NCBI GenBank assembly: GCA_950097015.1
Contig: CATNEN010000001.1
Coordinates: 8,556,001-8,620,000, forward strand
Origin: Macrostomum hystrix
Lineage: Eukaryota > Animalia > Platyhelminthes
Reading direction: 5' to 3'
Length of the DNA stretch: 64,000 nt
The position numbers were made by a program, and so were the translations under genes. How positions within the stretch are numbered: position 1 is the stretch's first letter; each line of letters opens with the position of its first letter. This document shows positions 25,169 through 36,737 of this stretch, in pieces. The notes below the pieces were generated by a model that was given only the letters and a program-made list of their open reading frames with translations, made no database searches and had not been told where the DNA came from.

Positions 25169-26039
25169 CTAATGCTTGAGCTTCTGCCTAGCGATCAAAT
25201 TGATTGTCTAATTCTCTGCTTAATAATAATAATAATTGCAGGAGGGCTGCGGACAATTGCAAATCATTTGGTGATACTAGACAGGCAGCCAGCGATGATT
25301 CTACCCATTTCGCTGACTCCTGAGCACACACGCACACATATACTGTACCTAGGCATACGCTCACACAGGTGTGTACATCTGCCCTGACTTTCTCATCGTC
25401 AGGAGGTAGTCTCTTAAGGGCGTAAATTGCACGACAAGCCCCCAAGCCTTCTCTCCGCGGCTGCGCCCCCAAATGAATGTGGCCCCGCCGCGGAACCGAG
25501 CTGCCTTAGGCTTTGGTTTGATTCGCTTCACATTTCAGTGCTAAATAATCTATTTCATTCCAAATTTGATGCACGGAAACTGTTCCATTTTGATTGATTT
25601 ACTGAAACTATCTGTTCATATTTTGAAATTATTCGCACTTCTTTCGCTACATTTCTGAGGTTTGATAGAAATGACACAGCATAAAACACCGTCATTGCTG
25701 CCCCCAGCTATCGGGCTAAAAGCTACCAATTGTAAATTTTTCTGTGGTGAGTAGGTGTTGTATATCATTTTTATAGAAAAACATTTATTCGTGTTTTGAT
25801 TCGAATCGCTATAATATAGTACCACATTTCATAGCTTTCTATATAATGTGCAAATCAATGCTGTCCCTGTTAATGAGGTAAAATAATTATGAGACTTATC
25901 TTTGCTTATACCAAATACACTGTACATTTGCCGGTGTATGCATACATACCATTGATTGACACGATTGTGACAATAAAAAACGGTGTTTATCAAATACCCT
26001 GTTTATGCAGATTAGGCCTGTTTATCAGTAAGATTTTAC

Positions 26040-26556
26040 CCTGTTTATCAGTAGTATAAAGCCTGTCTATCAGTAGTATAAAGCCTGTCTATCAGTAGTA
26101 TAAAGCCTGTCATATCAGTAGTATAAAGCCTGTCTTATCAGTAGTATAAAGCCTGTCTATCAGTAGTATAAAGCCTGTTTATCAGCAGTATAAAGCCTGT
26201 CTATCAGTAGTATAAAGCCTGTCAATCAGTAGTATAAAGCCTGTCTATCAGTAGTATAAAGCCTGTCTATCAGTAGTATAAAGCCTGTCTATCAGTAGTA
26301 TAAAGCCTGTCAATCAGTAGTATAAAGCCTGTCTATCAGTAGTATAAAGCCTGTCTATCAGTAGTATAAAGCCTGTCTTATCAGTAGTATAAAGCCTGTC
26401 TATCAGTAGTATAAAGCCTGTCAATCAGTAGTATAAAGCCTGTCAATCAGTAGTATAAAGCCTGTCAATCAGTAGTATAAAGCCTGTCTATCAGTAGTAT
26501 AAAGCCTGACAATCAGTAGTATAAAGCCTGTCTTATCAGTAGTATAAAGCCTGTTT
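26040..26556. repeat. About 22-bp tandem repeat
   Basis: Unit CCTGTCTATCAGTAGTATAAAG, more than 20 copies. Confidence 0.95.
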
Positions 26557-26768
26557 ATTAAGACGAATTATAAATCAATCATTAGAATGTATTGTCTTAA
26601 CATTTAGCGTTAAAAGTTTTAAACACAGTATGATTTCATATATATTTCTAAGTCCAAATAAGGCATAATACTTCTAAAGCAATTGGGTTAGGGACATATC
26701 TCTATTGCAATAACTAAGCCGTATGCTATATATAGGAGCCCTTTTAGAGCAAAATTTATGAAAGATTT

Positions 26769-28322
26769 TGTAGCAAATCGTAAAATTGTTATTGTATCGT
26801 ACTTACTAAAAATAGTTTTCTGTCGTAGAAATTTCTATAATTTTCTTAGACATTCTTTAGGAATTGTTTGTAGATAAATTATTTAAATCATGCGCATTTA
26901 CTTTATTTGTATCAACCCTATTCTGTACGGAATTAGTTATATTATATTTGTTATAATTGTAAAGGACTTTCCAGAAAGCCGTTTATAACTATAAATATAC
27001 AGGAGGTACCCAGACTAAAGTTTAACCGTCTTTTTACTACTTCAAACACAACCTTAAAACTACAAACGAACCACCGCTTTCACTTTATTTATTAAAACCC
27101 ACTACAACTGGTCCGGCGAGGCGCCGTCAAAAACTACAACTGGTCCGGTGAGGCGCCGAAGCCCCGTCAGGGGCAGGACAACAAACCAACATGTAAAAAT
27201 ATCGCCTGAACTCTCGCCCGTCATCATCACCGTCAGCACATCGCATGTACCATCGTCAACAATGCCTCACAATCCACTCAGCAATCATTCGATTCCGCAG
27301 CAACTCCACAGCAACGCAGGACTCCTTCGACGACCAATCAACCACGCCAACACGGGCTAACAAAGGCCTATCGACCGAGCTTCCTGCACCAATCCAGCAT
27401 CTCCAAGAGCCGTCAACCGTAGCAGTTCCGACCAACATCACCGGGGAGTCACCATTCCAGGGAGTCGTCTGTCTGCAACTCGGCAACTTCCGTAGGTCGC
27501 ACCAGCGCCAGCGCCATCCCGCCATTCTGGAGCAACGCAGGAGGACGCACGAGTGGACCAGCCGCCGTTCCATTCGACACATCTACCGCGAAGCGACATC
27601 ACCACATTCAGCCAGCAATCATCACCACGAAACCATCAACATCGACATCCGTCTCGTGCGCTTCGCCTGGTACCCTCGGCCGCAGAGCGACAACCCGCCT
27701 TTCTCCGGTGCACCTCATCCAGGGTGTCGTCTGTCTGCATCCGGCAGCACCCAGTTTGGTCCCACGTCCGACAATCCGCCAACCGGGAGCACCAGTCGAG
27801 GACACGAGTGGATCGATCGCCATCACACCAAACTCCATCGCCGAATCCATTCGAATTGACAGTAACTTATCCTAAGTACCGCATTTCATCGCATATTTTC
27901 AAACCATAGATACTGTAATTTTCTATCGGGACTCCGTCTTCCGCGGGGAGACTGTTGTAGCAAATCGTAAAATTGTTATTGTATCGTACTTACTAAAAAT
28001 AGTTTTCTGTCGTAGAAATTTCTATAATTTTCTTAGACTTTCTTTAGGAATTGTTTGTATTCCTATTCAATACTATTGATATGAAATAGATAAATTATTT
28101 AAATCATGCGCATTTACTTTATTTGTATCAACCCTATTCTGTACGGAATTAGTTATATTATATTTGTTATAATTGTAAAGGACTTTCCAGAAAGCCGTTA
28201 ATAACTATAAATATACAGGAGGTACCCAGCCTAAAGTTTAACCGTCTTTTCACTACTTCAAGCACAACCTTAAAACTACAAACGAACCACCGCTTTCACT
28301 TTATTTATTAAAACCCACTACA
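26769..28322 (+). mobile_element. Non-autonomous LTR retroelement
   Basis: Near-identical TG...CA direct repeats at 26769-27106 and 27956-28322, 4-bp TSD ATTT, PBS-like TGGTCCGGCGAGG after the 5' LTR, purine tract GGGGAGA before the 3' LTR; about 850-bp interior with no recognisable gag/pol. Confidence 0.9.
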
Positions 28323-29208
28323 ATTTCGATAGACAAAAACAACAATGTAGCCCATTAGAATAAGTGGCAGAATATAGTTACACAAATGGTCGTACAACCA
28401 TTGACTTTGATTTGTATATTTATTGAACTAAAAAATCTGGTAATAAAGCACAATAATCAAACATAGCTTAGCGAGCGAAAAAAATTACTAATGATTTTGC
28501 AGCACGATACGTAAAAATTAAACCGATTAAGCAGCGAAAATCAAGTAGAAAAAATGTCATCTCATGTTTTTTGGTTAAGCACATAAGTAACACGCGTAGT
28601 AGAGAAAAAACAATTTGACTTATTGCAATATTTATCATTGATCAGATGTACATAGGTAGGCAAATTTTAGTGGCAACAGATTAATATGTTATTCAAGAGT
28701 ATATGGTAAGGTGAAACGTTAATTAATACTTTCGAACCCGTTTCATGCAAAAAAATAACATTACAATTGATTAGTGACACACACACAACGACAACAATGA
28801 CATGAGTTTTAACAAAATCAACAACTGAAAAAATTAACAATCCTTATAAAGGAAAAAGATTTCTAAAAAATCTATCTACGGAAACAACACAGCAGGATAG
28901 TCAAACAGCACGAGAGCGTGATCTATTTTCAAAATAAAATTCGTGAAAAATAATAGAAAAACAGTCACAACAATATAAATAAGAGGAGCTACTCGTATAT
29001 ATGATATATGATATCGCATAACATTTTGAAGCAAAAAAGGAAAAAAATGAGGCAATACATAATTAACTGGTTTAATAAACACACCTGCTTTAAAGCTATG
29101 ATTGTAGGTTAAGAAAGAAATTTAACAAATGTTCAGCTGTGATTATAGTAAACACCTACCTGATTACATTGATGGGGATCGCAGAAAACAGCGAAACCGA
29201 CAAAAATC

Positions 29209-29650
29209 AGGGTGGTGGGTGCAAAGAGGGATGGAAAGTTGGAGTGGTGGGTGTAGAGGGGGTGGAAAGTTGGATTGGTGGACGCAGAGGGATGAGAAGT
29301 TGGAGTGGTGGGTGTAGAGGGCGATGGAAAGTTGGAGTGGTGGGTACCGATAGGATCGGAAAGTTGGGGTCGTGGGCGCAGAGAGGATCGGAAAGTTGGG
29401 GTGGTGGGCGCAGAGAGGAATGGAAAGTTGGGGTGGTGGGTGCAGAGAGGAATGGAAAGTTGGGGTGGTGGGCGCAGATAGTGATGGAAAGTTGGGGTGG
29501 TGGGCGCAGAGAGGAATGGAAAGTTGGGGTGGTGGGTGCAGAGAGGAATGGAAAGTTGGGGTGGTGGGTGCAGAGAGGAATGGAAAGTTGGGGTGGTGGG
29601 CGCAGAGAGCGATGGAAAGTTGGGGTGGTGGTTGCCGATAGGGCCGGAAA
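29209..29650. repeat. About 29-bp G-rich tandem repeat
   Basis: Unit GGAAAGTTGGGGTGGTGGGYGCAGAGAGGAAT-like. Confidence 0.9.
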
Positions 29651-29867
29651 GTTAAGACTTCCGGTTTCCAAAAGGGTAACCAAAAAAGCAAGCTCAGAAA
29701 AAAAATCAAGAAGAAAAAGAAACGAAGCGATTATTACGCAGCGTAATCAGGACAACGTTTTGAGGTATAGAAGTGGCTAAATAAATAAAAAATTGACCAG
29801 TGTTTTAAAGAAAAAAGCTGACAAAACGAACCATAGTAGAAGAACCCATCCAGTTTATCATACAGAT

Positions 29868-31684
29868 TCACAGATCTACTCGCTCCAGTTTGGGCTGATC
29901 ACTCGACATCGCGTCAGTAGCGGCAGTCGCAGATTCTGCCGGCTTCTCTGGCGAGAAGTTCAGCGCGGCGGAGTTGACGCAATAGCGCAGCCCGGTCGGT
30001 CGGGGCCCGTCGTCGAAGACGTGGCCAAGGTGGGCGCCGCAAGTGGAGCAACGAATCTCATAGCGCATCATGCCTGAGATTTTAGTATGTGTAGAGTGAG
30101 GTGTTTGCCATTTGAGACAGGTTTAAAGTAAAATGGGTGATAAGCGAGGTAGGTGTGAAGTGGGGTGGGTGCTAATTGGGGCAGGTTTGAAGCGCGGTGG
30201 GTGCTAATTGAGGCAGGTGTGAAGTGGGGTGGGTGCTAATTGGGGCTAATTGGGGCAGGTTTGAAGCGCGGTGGGTGGTAATTGAGGCAGGTGTGAAATG
30301 GGGTGGGTGCTAATTGGGGCAGGTGTTGAGTGAGTGAGGTGGGTGCTAATTCGGGCAGGTTTGAAGCGCGGTGGGTGCTAATTGAGGCAGGTGTGAAATG
30401 GGGTGGGCGCTAATTGGGGCAGGTGTGGAGTGAGTGAGACGGGTGCTAATTGGGGCAGGTTTGAAGTGGGGTGGGTGCTAATTGATGTGAGTGTGGAGTT
30501 GGGGTGTGTGCTTATTTTGGTGTTTGTTGAGTAACGTTACTGCTAATGACTAAATGAGTTAACTCAAATGCTAGCGCAGTGAAAGGTCTTAAAAACCTAC
30601 CGTGCGAGGTGTCCTTAACCATAGAAATGGTGCCCTCGTGCATGACGTCATAGAATGCGGGCCAGCCGCAACCGGAGTCGAATTTGTGCCCAGAAGAGAA
30701 TAGCTCTTTGCCGCAGACCACGCATTCGTACACACCGGGAGCTTTCTCGCGCAAATACTGGCCAGAGAAGCGCCTAGCAATTATTAGTGTGTGGTGCAGT
30801 GACTAATACTAATTAGAACCGCCTAGATAACCTACAGACCAATTAGAATCGCCTAGATAACCTCCAGACCAATTAGAATCGCCTAGAAAACCTCCAGACC
30901 AATTAGAACCATCTAGATTTATCTCCTGACCAATTAGAATCGCCTAGATAACCTCCAGACTAATTAGAATCGCCTAGATAACCTCCTGACCAATTAGAAT
31001 CGCCTAGATAACCTCCTGACCAATTAGAATCGTCTAGATAACCTCCAGACCAATTAGAATCGCCTAGACAACATCCTGACCTATTATAACTTCCAAGATA
31101 ATCTCCTGAACAATTAGAATCGCCTAGATAACCTCCAGACCAATTAAAATCGCCTAGATAACCTCCTGACCAATTAAAATCGCCTAGAAAACCTCCTGAA
31201 CAATTAGAATCGTGAAGAACCTCCTGACCAATAGTAATCGCCTCGACATCATCCTGACCAATTATAACTGCCAAGATAATCTCCTGAACAATTAGAATCG
31301 CCTAGATAACCTCCTGACCATTAGAATCGTGAAGAACCTCCTGACCATTAGAATCGTGAAGAACCTCCTGACCAATAATAGTAATCGCCTGGACGACCTC
31401 TAGAAGTTAAATTTTACCCAATTAGAGTTTGTTGGAGTCTAAGAGCTAAATCTGCATTTAAATTGAACTTACTTTTCAGTGCCTCTTAGTTGCGTCACCT
31501 CGTACTGCACAGGTGTTAATCGACTGCGCAAATCAGCGTCACTGAAGCTAGCCTGACATTTTCCATTCTGCGTTGGCGTTGTCGGATCGTTGCTAGGCTT
31601 CGCTGCGCAAACTGGCGCACTCTTTTTAGCCAGACGTTCGAGCTTCTCCGATTGCTGCGACGTGACCAACTGGAGTAGGTTCAT
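29868..31684 (-). CDS. MSRB: Methionine-R-sulfoxide reductase B; exons 31684 (or 31741)-31473, 30773-30601, 30073-29868
   Basis: [66 protein letters not shown]. Confidence 0.93.
30800..31400. repeat. 30-bp intronic minisatellite in MsrB; other repeats fill 30140-30500 and 31745-31950
   Basis: Unit CAATTAGAATCGCCTAGATAACCTCCWGAC. Confidence 0.9.
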
Positions 31685-32714
31685 CGCTATCAGTAGGCAA
31701 TAGCAGAAGCGGACTGGCTGAGCTGCAGATGGCGATAAGAGCTGAAAGAAGTGGAGTGGTGGCTAGTGGTTATATCTCATCAGCGGAGTGGGGTGGGTGG
31801 TTAGCGGAGTGAGGTGGGTTCCTATGTTAGCGGACGGAGTGAGGTGGGTGCCTTTTTCAGTGTACGGAGTGAGGTGGGTGTCTATTTCAGTGGACGGAGT
31901 GAGGTGGGTGCTTTTTAGAGTGGGGTGGGTGCCTCTTTAGATGGAGTGGGTTACTCATTGTTTAATTTTATTGTACTTTAATAAATTTTATTAAAGTAGC
32001 AACGAACGAATTAATTAGGTCTAAATAAAGTATTTAACACTCAGGTTATTTTTATCACAGCAAAAGCAACAAAACTACACGTGTACGCGAAAAAAAAGTA
32101 ATTAAACGATTAAAAAACCCTATTAACAGGCATAATTAAACGAAAAACCTAGATTTCATTCTTTAAAAAATCTGGTAATCAATACGAGCAAAGTTTCGTA
32201 ACGCAAATCTAAAGAAAACACAGAATTAGACCCAGTTCTAAGAATAGAACCAATACAGGATTTGTTTTGACGAATATCAGAAACTAGTGAAAATGTACAG
32301 CTACAGCCTAGTCTGATAAACAACTGCTATTAGAAATAAAAAATAAGCAATACATATTGAATGATTGTCTAATTAAACTGCTTAAATACGTTGAAACAAA
32401 AGATACTTTGCAAGAAAGCTGAAGGTGATGGAAGTAAGTGTGTCTTGGTTTTTTCAAAGGCAAGGAAACAACGATAGGCAACTTCTAAGAAAGTGTTTTA
32501 CAAGGAAGTCAATTCTAAGGAAAGTAGGAAAAAATAAAGGCGATTCGGACATAATTTATACATCACAGAGTTTAGCTTACGAAACACAAAACTCTAAATA
32601 GTTAAAGTACTGAGGAGATACAGAACAAAACAAAAAAGACAATAGACCCCGACGGACAAATGTACAGCATGTCCATGGACTGGGGGACTAAGTCACACCC
32701 ACTAAGCGCGTTGC

Positions 32715-33120
32715 TTAAGGACGCGAATTGTTTTTAAGACCGAAATTCGAACTTCGGACCTTCAAAAAATAGTTTTCTATCTGCTTCTGTGGGCCTGTCA
32801 TGCAATCATCAAAGACAATCAAATGCTTTCTCCCCTTTTCTAGCTCATCTGGTTGGGGTAGAAGTTTGGTCTTGGGATCCACCTGCGGATCTCCATAGGT
32901 GAACACTTTAATGTTCTGCCATTTTTCATTGTCTTTGAGGTGCTTTGCATATTCGACAGCTACAAGTCCTGAGATCAACATTTTATACTCATCTTGATAC
33001 AGGGTGGGTGAGTAAATGAGCAGTGTCATAGTCGATAAAGCCAGGTCTAAGAAGCATGTTAAAGACATTTTAAAGCAAGAAGATCTAGAAAGTATAATCC
33101 ACTATCCAGGTTGAAGCAGA
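32715..33120 (-). mobile_element. Decayed Polinton/Maverick-like packaging ATPase fragment
   Basis: Degenerate Walker A region (PG*WIILSRSSCFKMS), IYSPTLYQ, Walker B-like HLIVFDDCM, QKQIENYF. Confidence 0.55.
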
Positions 33121-33629
33121 GCTACAAACTGAAGACCTTAAATTTGCACAGAGAAAATTCACAGAGCATTATTTTGAGTATAAAATCCCGGAAGACACCA
33201 CAAATTCCCAATCCGAAATTTACGACTTCAAAGACAGAATTCAATCAGTAATTGATCACACACTGAAATCACGTAAGACCTTCAAGCTTCAGTTATCATT
33301 CAAGATTGAATTTTACATGCCTGCAAAACCCACTAATCGTCTTGAATACTACATGACAACTAAAGCTCTACCCTTTACTCCCACTGACACACAGGATCCC
33401 TTTCTTCATACTTACTACGCAAGTACTCAGGCAGTAATGAATCATAGTATTTAGTAGAAAATGCTGACAAGCAAAGAAGCCATAGAAAGCAAAAATTTTC
33501 GAGGCACATACTACTACTACTTTAGAAAAGTATAAGTAGTATTTAACGGAGAGGAAAAATAGTTTCTTTTTCATTATTAAAAGTCATCTGAAGAAGGTTT
33601 CGGAAAACAAAAAAAGCACATATTTTTAA

Positions 33630-36201
33630 TCAATCATCCGACGACGAGGAAGCAGTGGAATCCTCGTCGCTATCCTCGCTGCTAGATGTACTACTGGAAG
33701 TAGGCAATCTCTGCTGACTCTTCGCCCTGCGATGCCGATAAAATAAAGGAACGCCGGGTTTGACGCGGACAGCGCCGGCAACGACTGCGGCGGCTGCGGA
33801 GCCGGATGTCGCGGTCCCGGATTCCATGGCTCGCCTGGCGTTGTTGTTGCTATTGGCAACCAGAATGGCGGAAGATGCCGATTTGGTATTCAATTTCGAC
33901 GGTGGCAGCGGAGGCAAAAGATGCTGCTGACGGTTTCGATGTCTAAGCGGACTATTGTTGTTGTTGTTGTTGTTGTTACCGTTGCCGCAATCTTTTTGTT
34001 GAGCTGCTTTCATCGCCGACTCGAACGGATCCGGGCAGGCGTCAATGTCAAGATTGATTCGGTCAATCAGCGCCAACAGTTCCTCAGACCAGCCGGCCAG
34101 ACTGGCCAGCTCCGAAACTCGTTCGACTAGATCTCCAGTGGCCGCCAAATCGTTTGGTCGGCGAGGCTTGGCGCCGCGGAATGGACCGACTGCGTCTCGA
34201 TTGATCAGCAGTCGGGGCACCGTCAGACGGGTGGCGTCCACAATGCCGGCGAAGGGTTCGACCTGGGTGGAGGCGGCGGTGGAAGCTGGTTCCGTTGCTA
34301 GGAAAGACTGGTTCCGTTGCTGGGAAGGATTGGTTCCATTGCTGGGAAAGATTGGTTCCGTTGCTAGGAAAGACTGGTTCCCTTGCTGGGAAATATTGAT
34401 TCCGTTGCTGGGAAATATTGGTTCCGTTGCTGGGAAGGATTGGTTCCATTGCTGGGAAAGATTGGTTCCGTTGCTGGGAAAGATTGGTTCCGTTGGTGGG
34501 AAAGATTGGTTCCATTGCTGGGAAAGATTGGTTCCGTTGCTAGGAAATATTGATTCCGTTGCTGGGAAATATTGGTTCCGTTGCTGGGAAAGATTGGTTC
34601 CATTGCTGGGAAAGATTGGTTCCGTTGCTGGGAAAGATTGGTTCCGTTGGTGGGAAAGATTGGTTCCGTTGCTGGGAAAGACTGGTTCCGTTGGTGGGAA
34701 AGATTGGTTCTGTTGCTGAGAAGCATTGGTGCGGAATCTGGTTCTAGGAAACTTTGCAATTCAGCTCTCACCTGCAGACTGGTACCAAGCACAATGAGCA
34801 GGTCGCACTGAGCAAAGTCTCGCAAGTAATGATAGAATCTTGAAGGCAAATCTTCGCCGAAGAACACAATGTCCGGTTTGAGCACCCCGGGGCAGGCGCC
34901 TTGGCCGCGAAGTTTGCTGCAGATTGGCACCAGACCTTCTAGAATCATTGGGCGAACGTGGACGGCTGGCAGCTGCCGACAGCAGTGAGTGCAGGTGGCG
35001 GTGGCGAAGGTACCGTGTGCCTCAACCAGCTTCTCGGCAGGAATGCCAGACATGCGTTCCAGGCCGTCAATGTTTTGAGTGTACAGTCTGGAGTGAGAGC
35101 AGATTGATTAATATATTTTAGGTGTGACTCTAAAAGATGCAACAGTGAATCTCACCCTGGCTAGAGTGAATCTCACTTGGCTACACTGAATCTCACCCTG
35201 GCTAGAGTCAATCTCACGCTTGCAAAAGTGAATAGCACACTTGCTAGAGTGAATCTCACCTGTCTAGAGTGAATCTCACTTTGGATAGAGTGAATCTCAC
35301 ACATTCAAAAGTAAATCGCACACTTGCTAGAGTGAATCTCACCCTGGCTAGAGTGACTCTCACCCTTGCTAGAGTGAATCTCACCCTGGCTAGAGTGAAT
35401 TTTAAATAGTGTAAATTTAAATTGAATGTACATGGAATCTCACCTAGACAAAAGTCCTTTATCGTGCAGCAGCCGGCAGAAGCAATGCACCAGATTCGGT
35501 CTATATCTACCAGAAGGATAAAGTTCCTTGGCTAAAGCAAAGAATGGCTTCGGATTAACAAAGAAATAATCCAAATCAAAAATTGCCTCCGGATAAGGAA
35601 TTTTGAATTGTTGCAAATTGTCGTACAGTCCAGTGCCGGGCGTACGAAAATCCGGTATTCCGCTGGCTGTTGAAATACCGGCTCCGGCCATGACGACAAT
35701 GTTGCTGACGCGACCACCGGACAGCAGGTTGGCCACTTCGGACAGACTTGTCACCTGACCTGGCCTAGCTACCTGAGGGCGACCTTTGCCGCTGCCGATG
35801 CCACTCATCCGACGCCTAGTACCACTGGAGTTAGGCGCAGCCGCTGTTGGCTTCGCAGTCGCAATAGTTGCCGGCTTTGTTAACGACGTCGTTGTAGTTA
35901 AACCGCGCCGATTTGAAACTGACAAGCGTTGCATGCCAGATGTTAAACTGTCGGCACTGTGAGGAGCGGTTGGCGGCGGCAGAGCGCTATGATGCTGGTG
36001 ATGACGCCGGCTACCGAATCTACCAACGCCATTGACCTCACTGCGTCTTTGCTGCTGGTGCTGCTGCTGCATGGCGACAACTCCGAGCGATCTAGTTGCC
36101 AACCAGAATTGGTGACTAATTATCGACGTCAATTCACTCGGCGCTGACGCTGTAGCTAGTTTGGCTAGAACTGTGGTTGCTAAAGCCTGGATGCGTGGCA
36201 T
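33630..36201 (-). CDS. Class I sirtuin (SIRT2/SIRT3-like); exons 36201-35444, 35087-34772, 34262-33630
   Basis: [29 protein letters not shown], CxxC zinc knuckles, [29 protein letters not shown]. Confidence 0.93.
34287..34715. repeat. Intronic minisatellite in the sirtuin; a second repeat fills 35147-35400
   Basis: Unit GGTTCCGTTGCTGGGAAAGATT. Confidence 0.9.
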
Positions 36202-36737
36202 CGAAATGGCGACATTAATTATTTTTCCTGCAATATTAAAACAATTATTGGAAGATTATTTCGACGCACAATATCAAATCCATCGGAAAGGCTTCACCGC
36301 AATGCATATCATTTGGTACTATACTATATCAAATAAAATGTTGGCAGTGTTTGACTAACCCTGATTGTCCCAGACAAAACCCGACTTAGTGCAAATAAAT
36401 CACTACTCGATAGTGCCTCGTGTTAATTAACAGCCATCTAGATTAGAGCCGCTAAGGATATTTGATGTTAATACCAGGCACACTGCCTGTATAAATGCGG
36501 TAATTTAATTAAATCATAACCAGAAGTACTTCGTTTCTGAAAAACACATGGACAGGACAGTGAGGACTATATAGACCCCACTGCACCAATAAATCCACTG
36601 AGAGTCAAATTGAACGAAAATGCTGAGTTTAGTTAGCCAGCAAATTAAGCACCGAGCATTGTATTAATCCCGAGCTAACTGAGATTACGCTTGTAGATAA
36701 AGCTAGACTAGAAAATACGAACAGAAAATTGCTAACT

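Noticed and set aside
27245-27909. ORFs inside the LTR element as gag/pol
   Set aside because: No zinc knuckle, protease, RT or integrase core motifs visible
29139-29780. ORFs on both strands
   Set aside because: Derived from a G-rich tandem repeat
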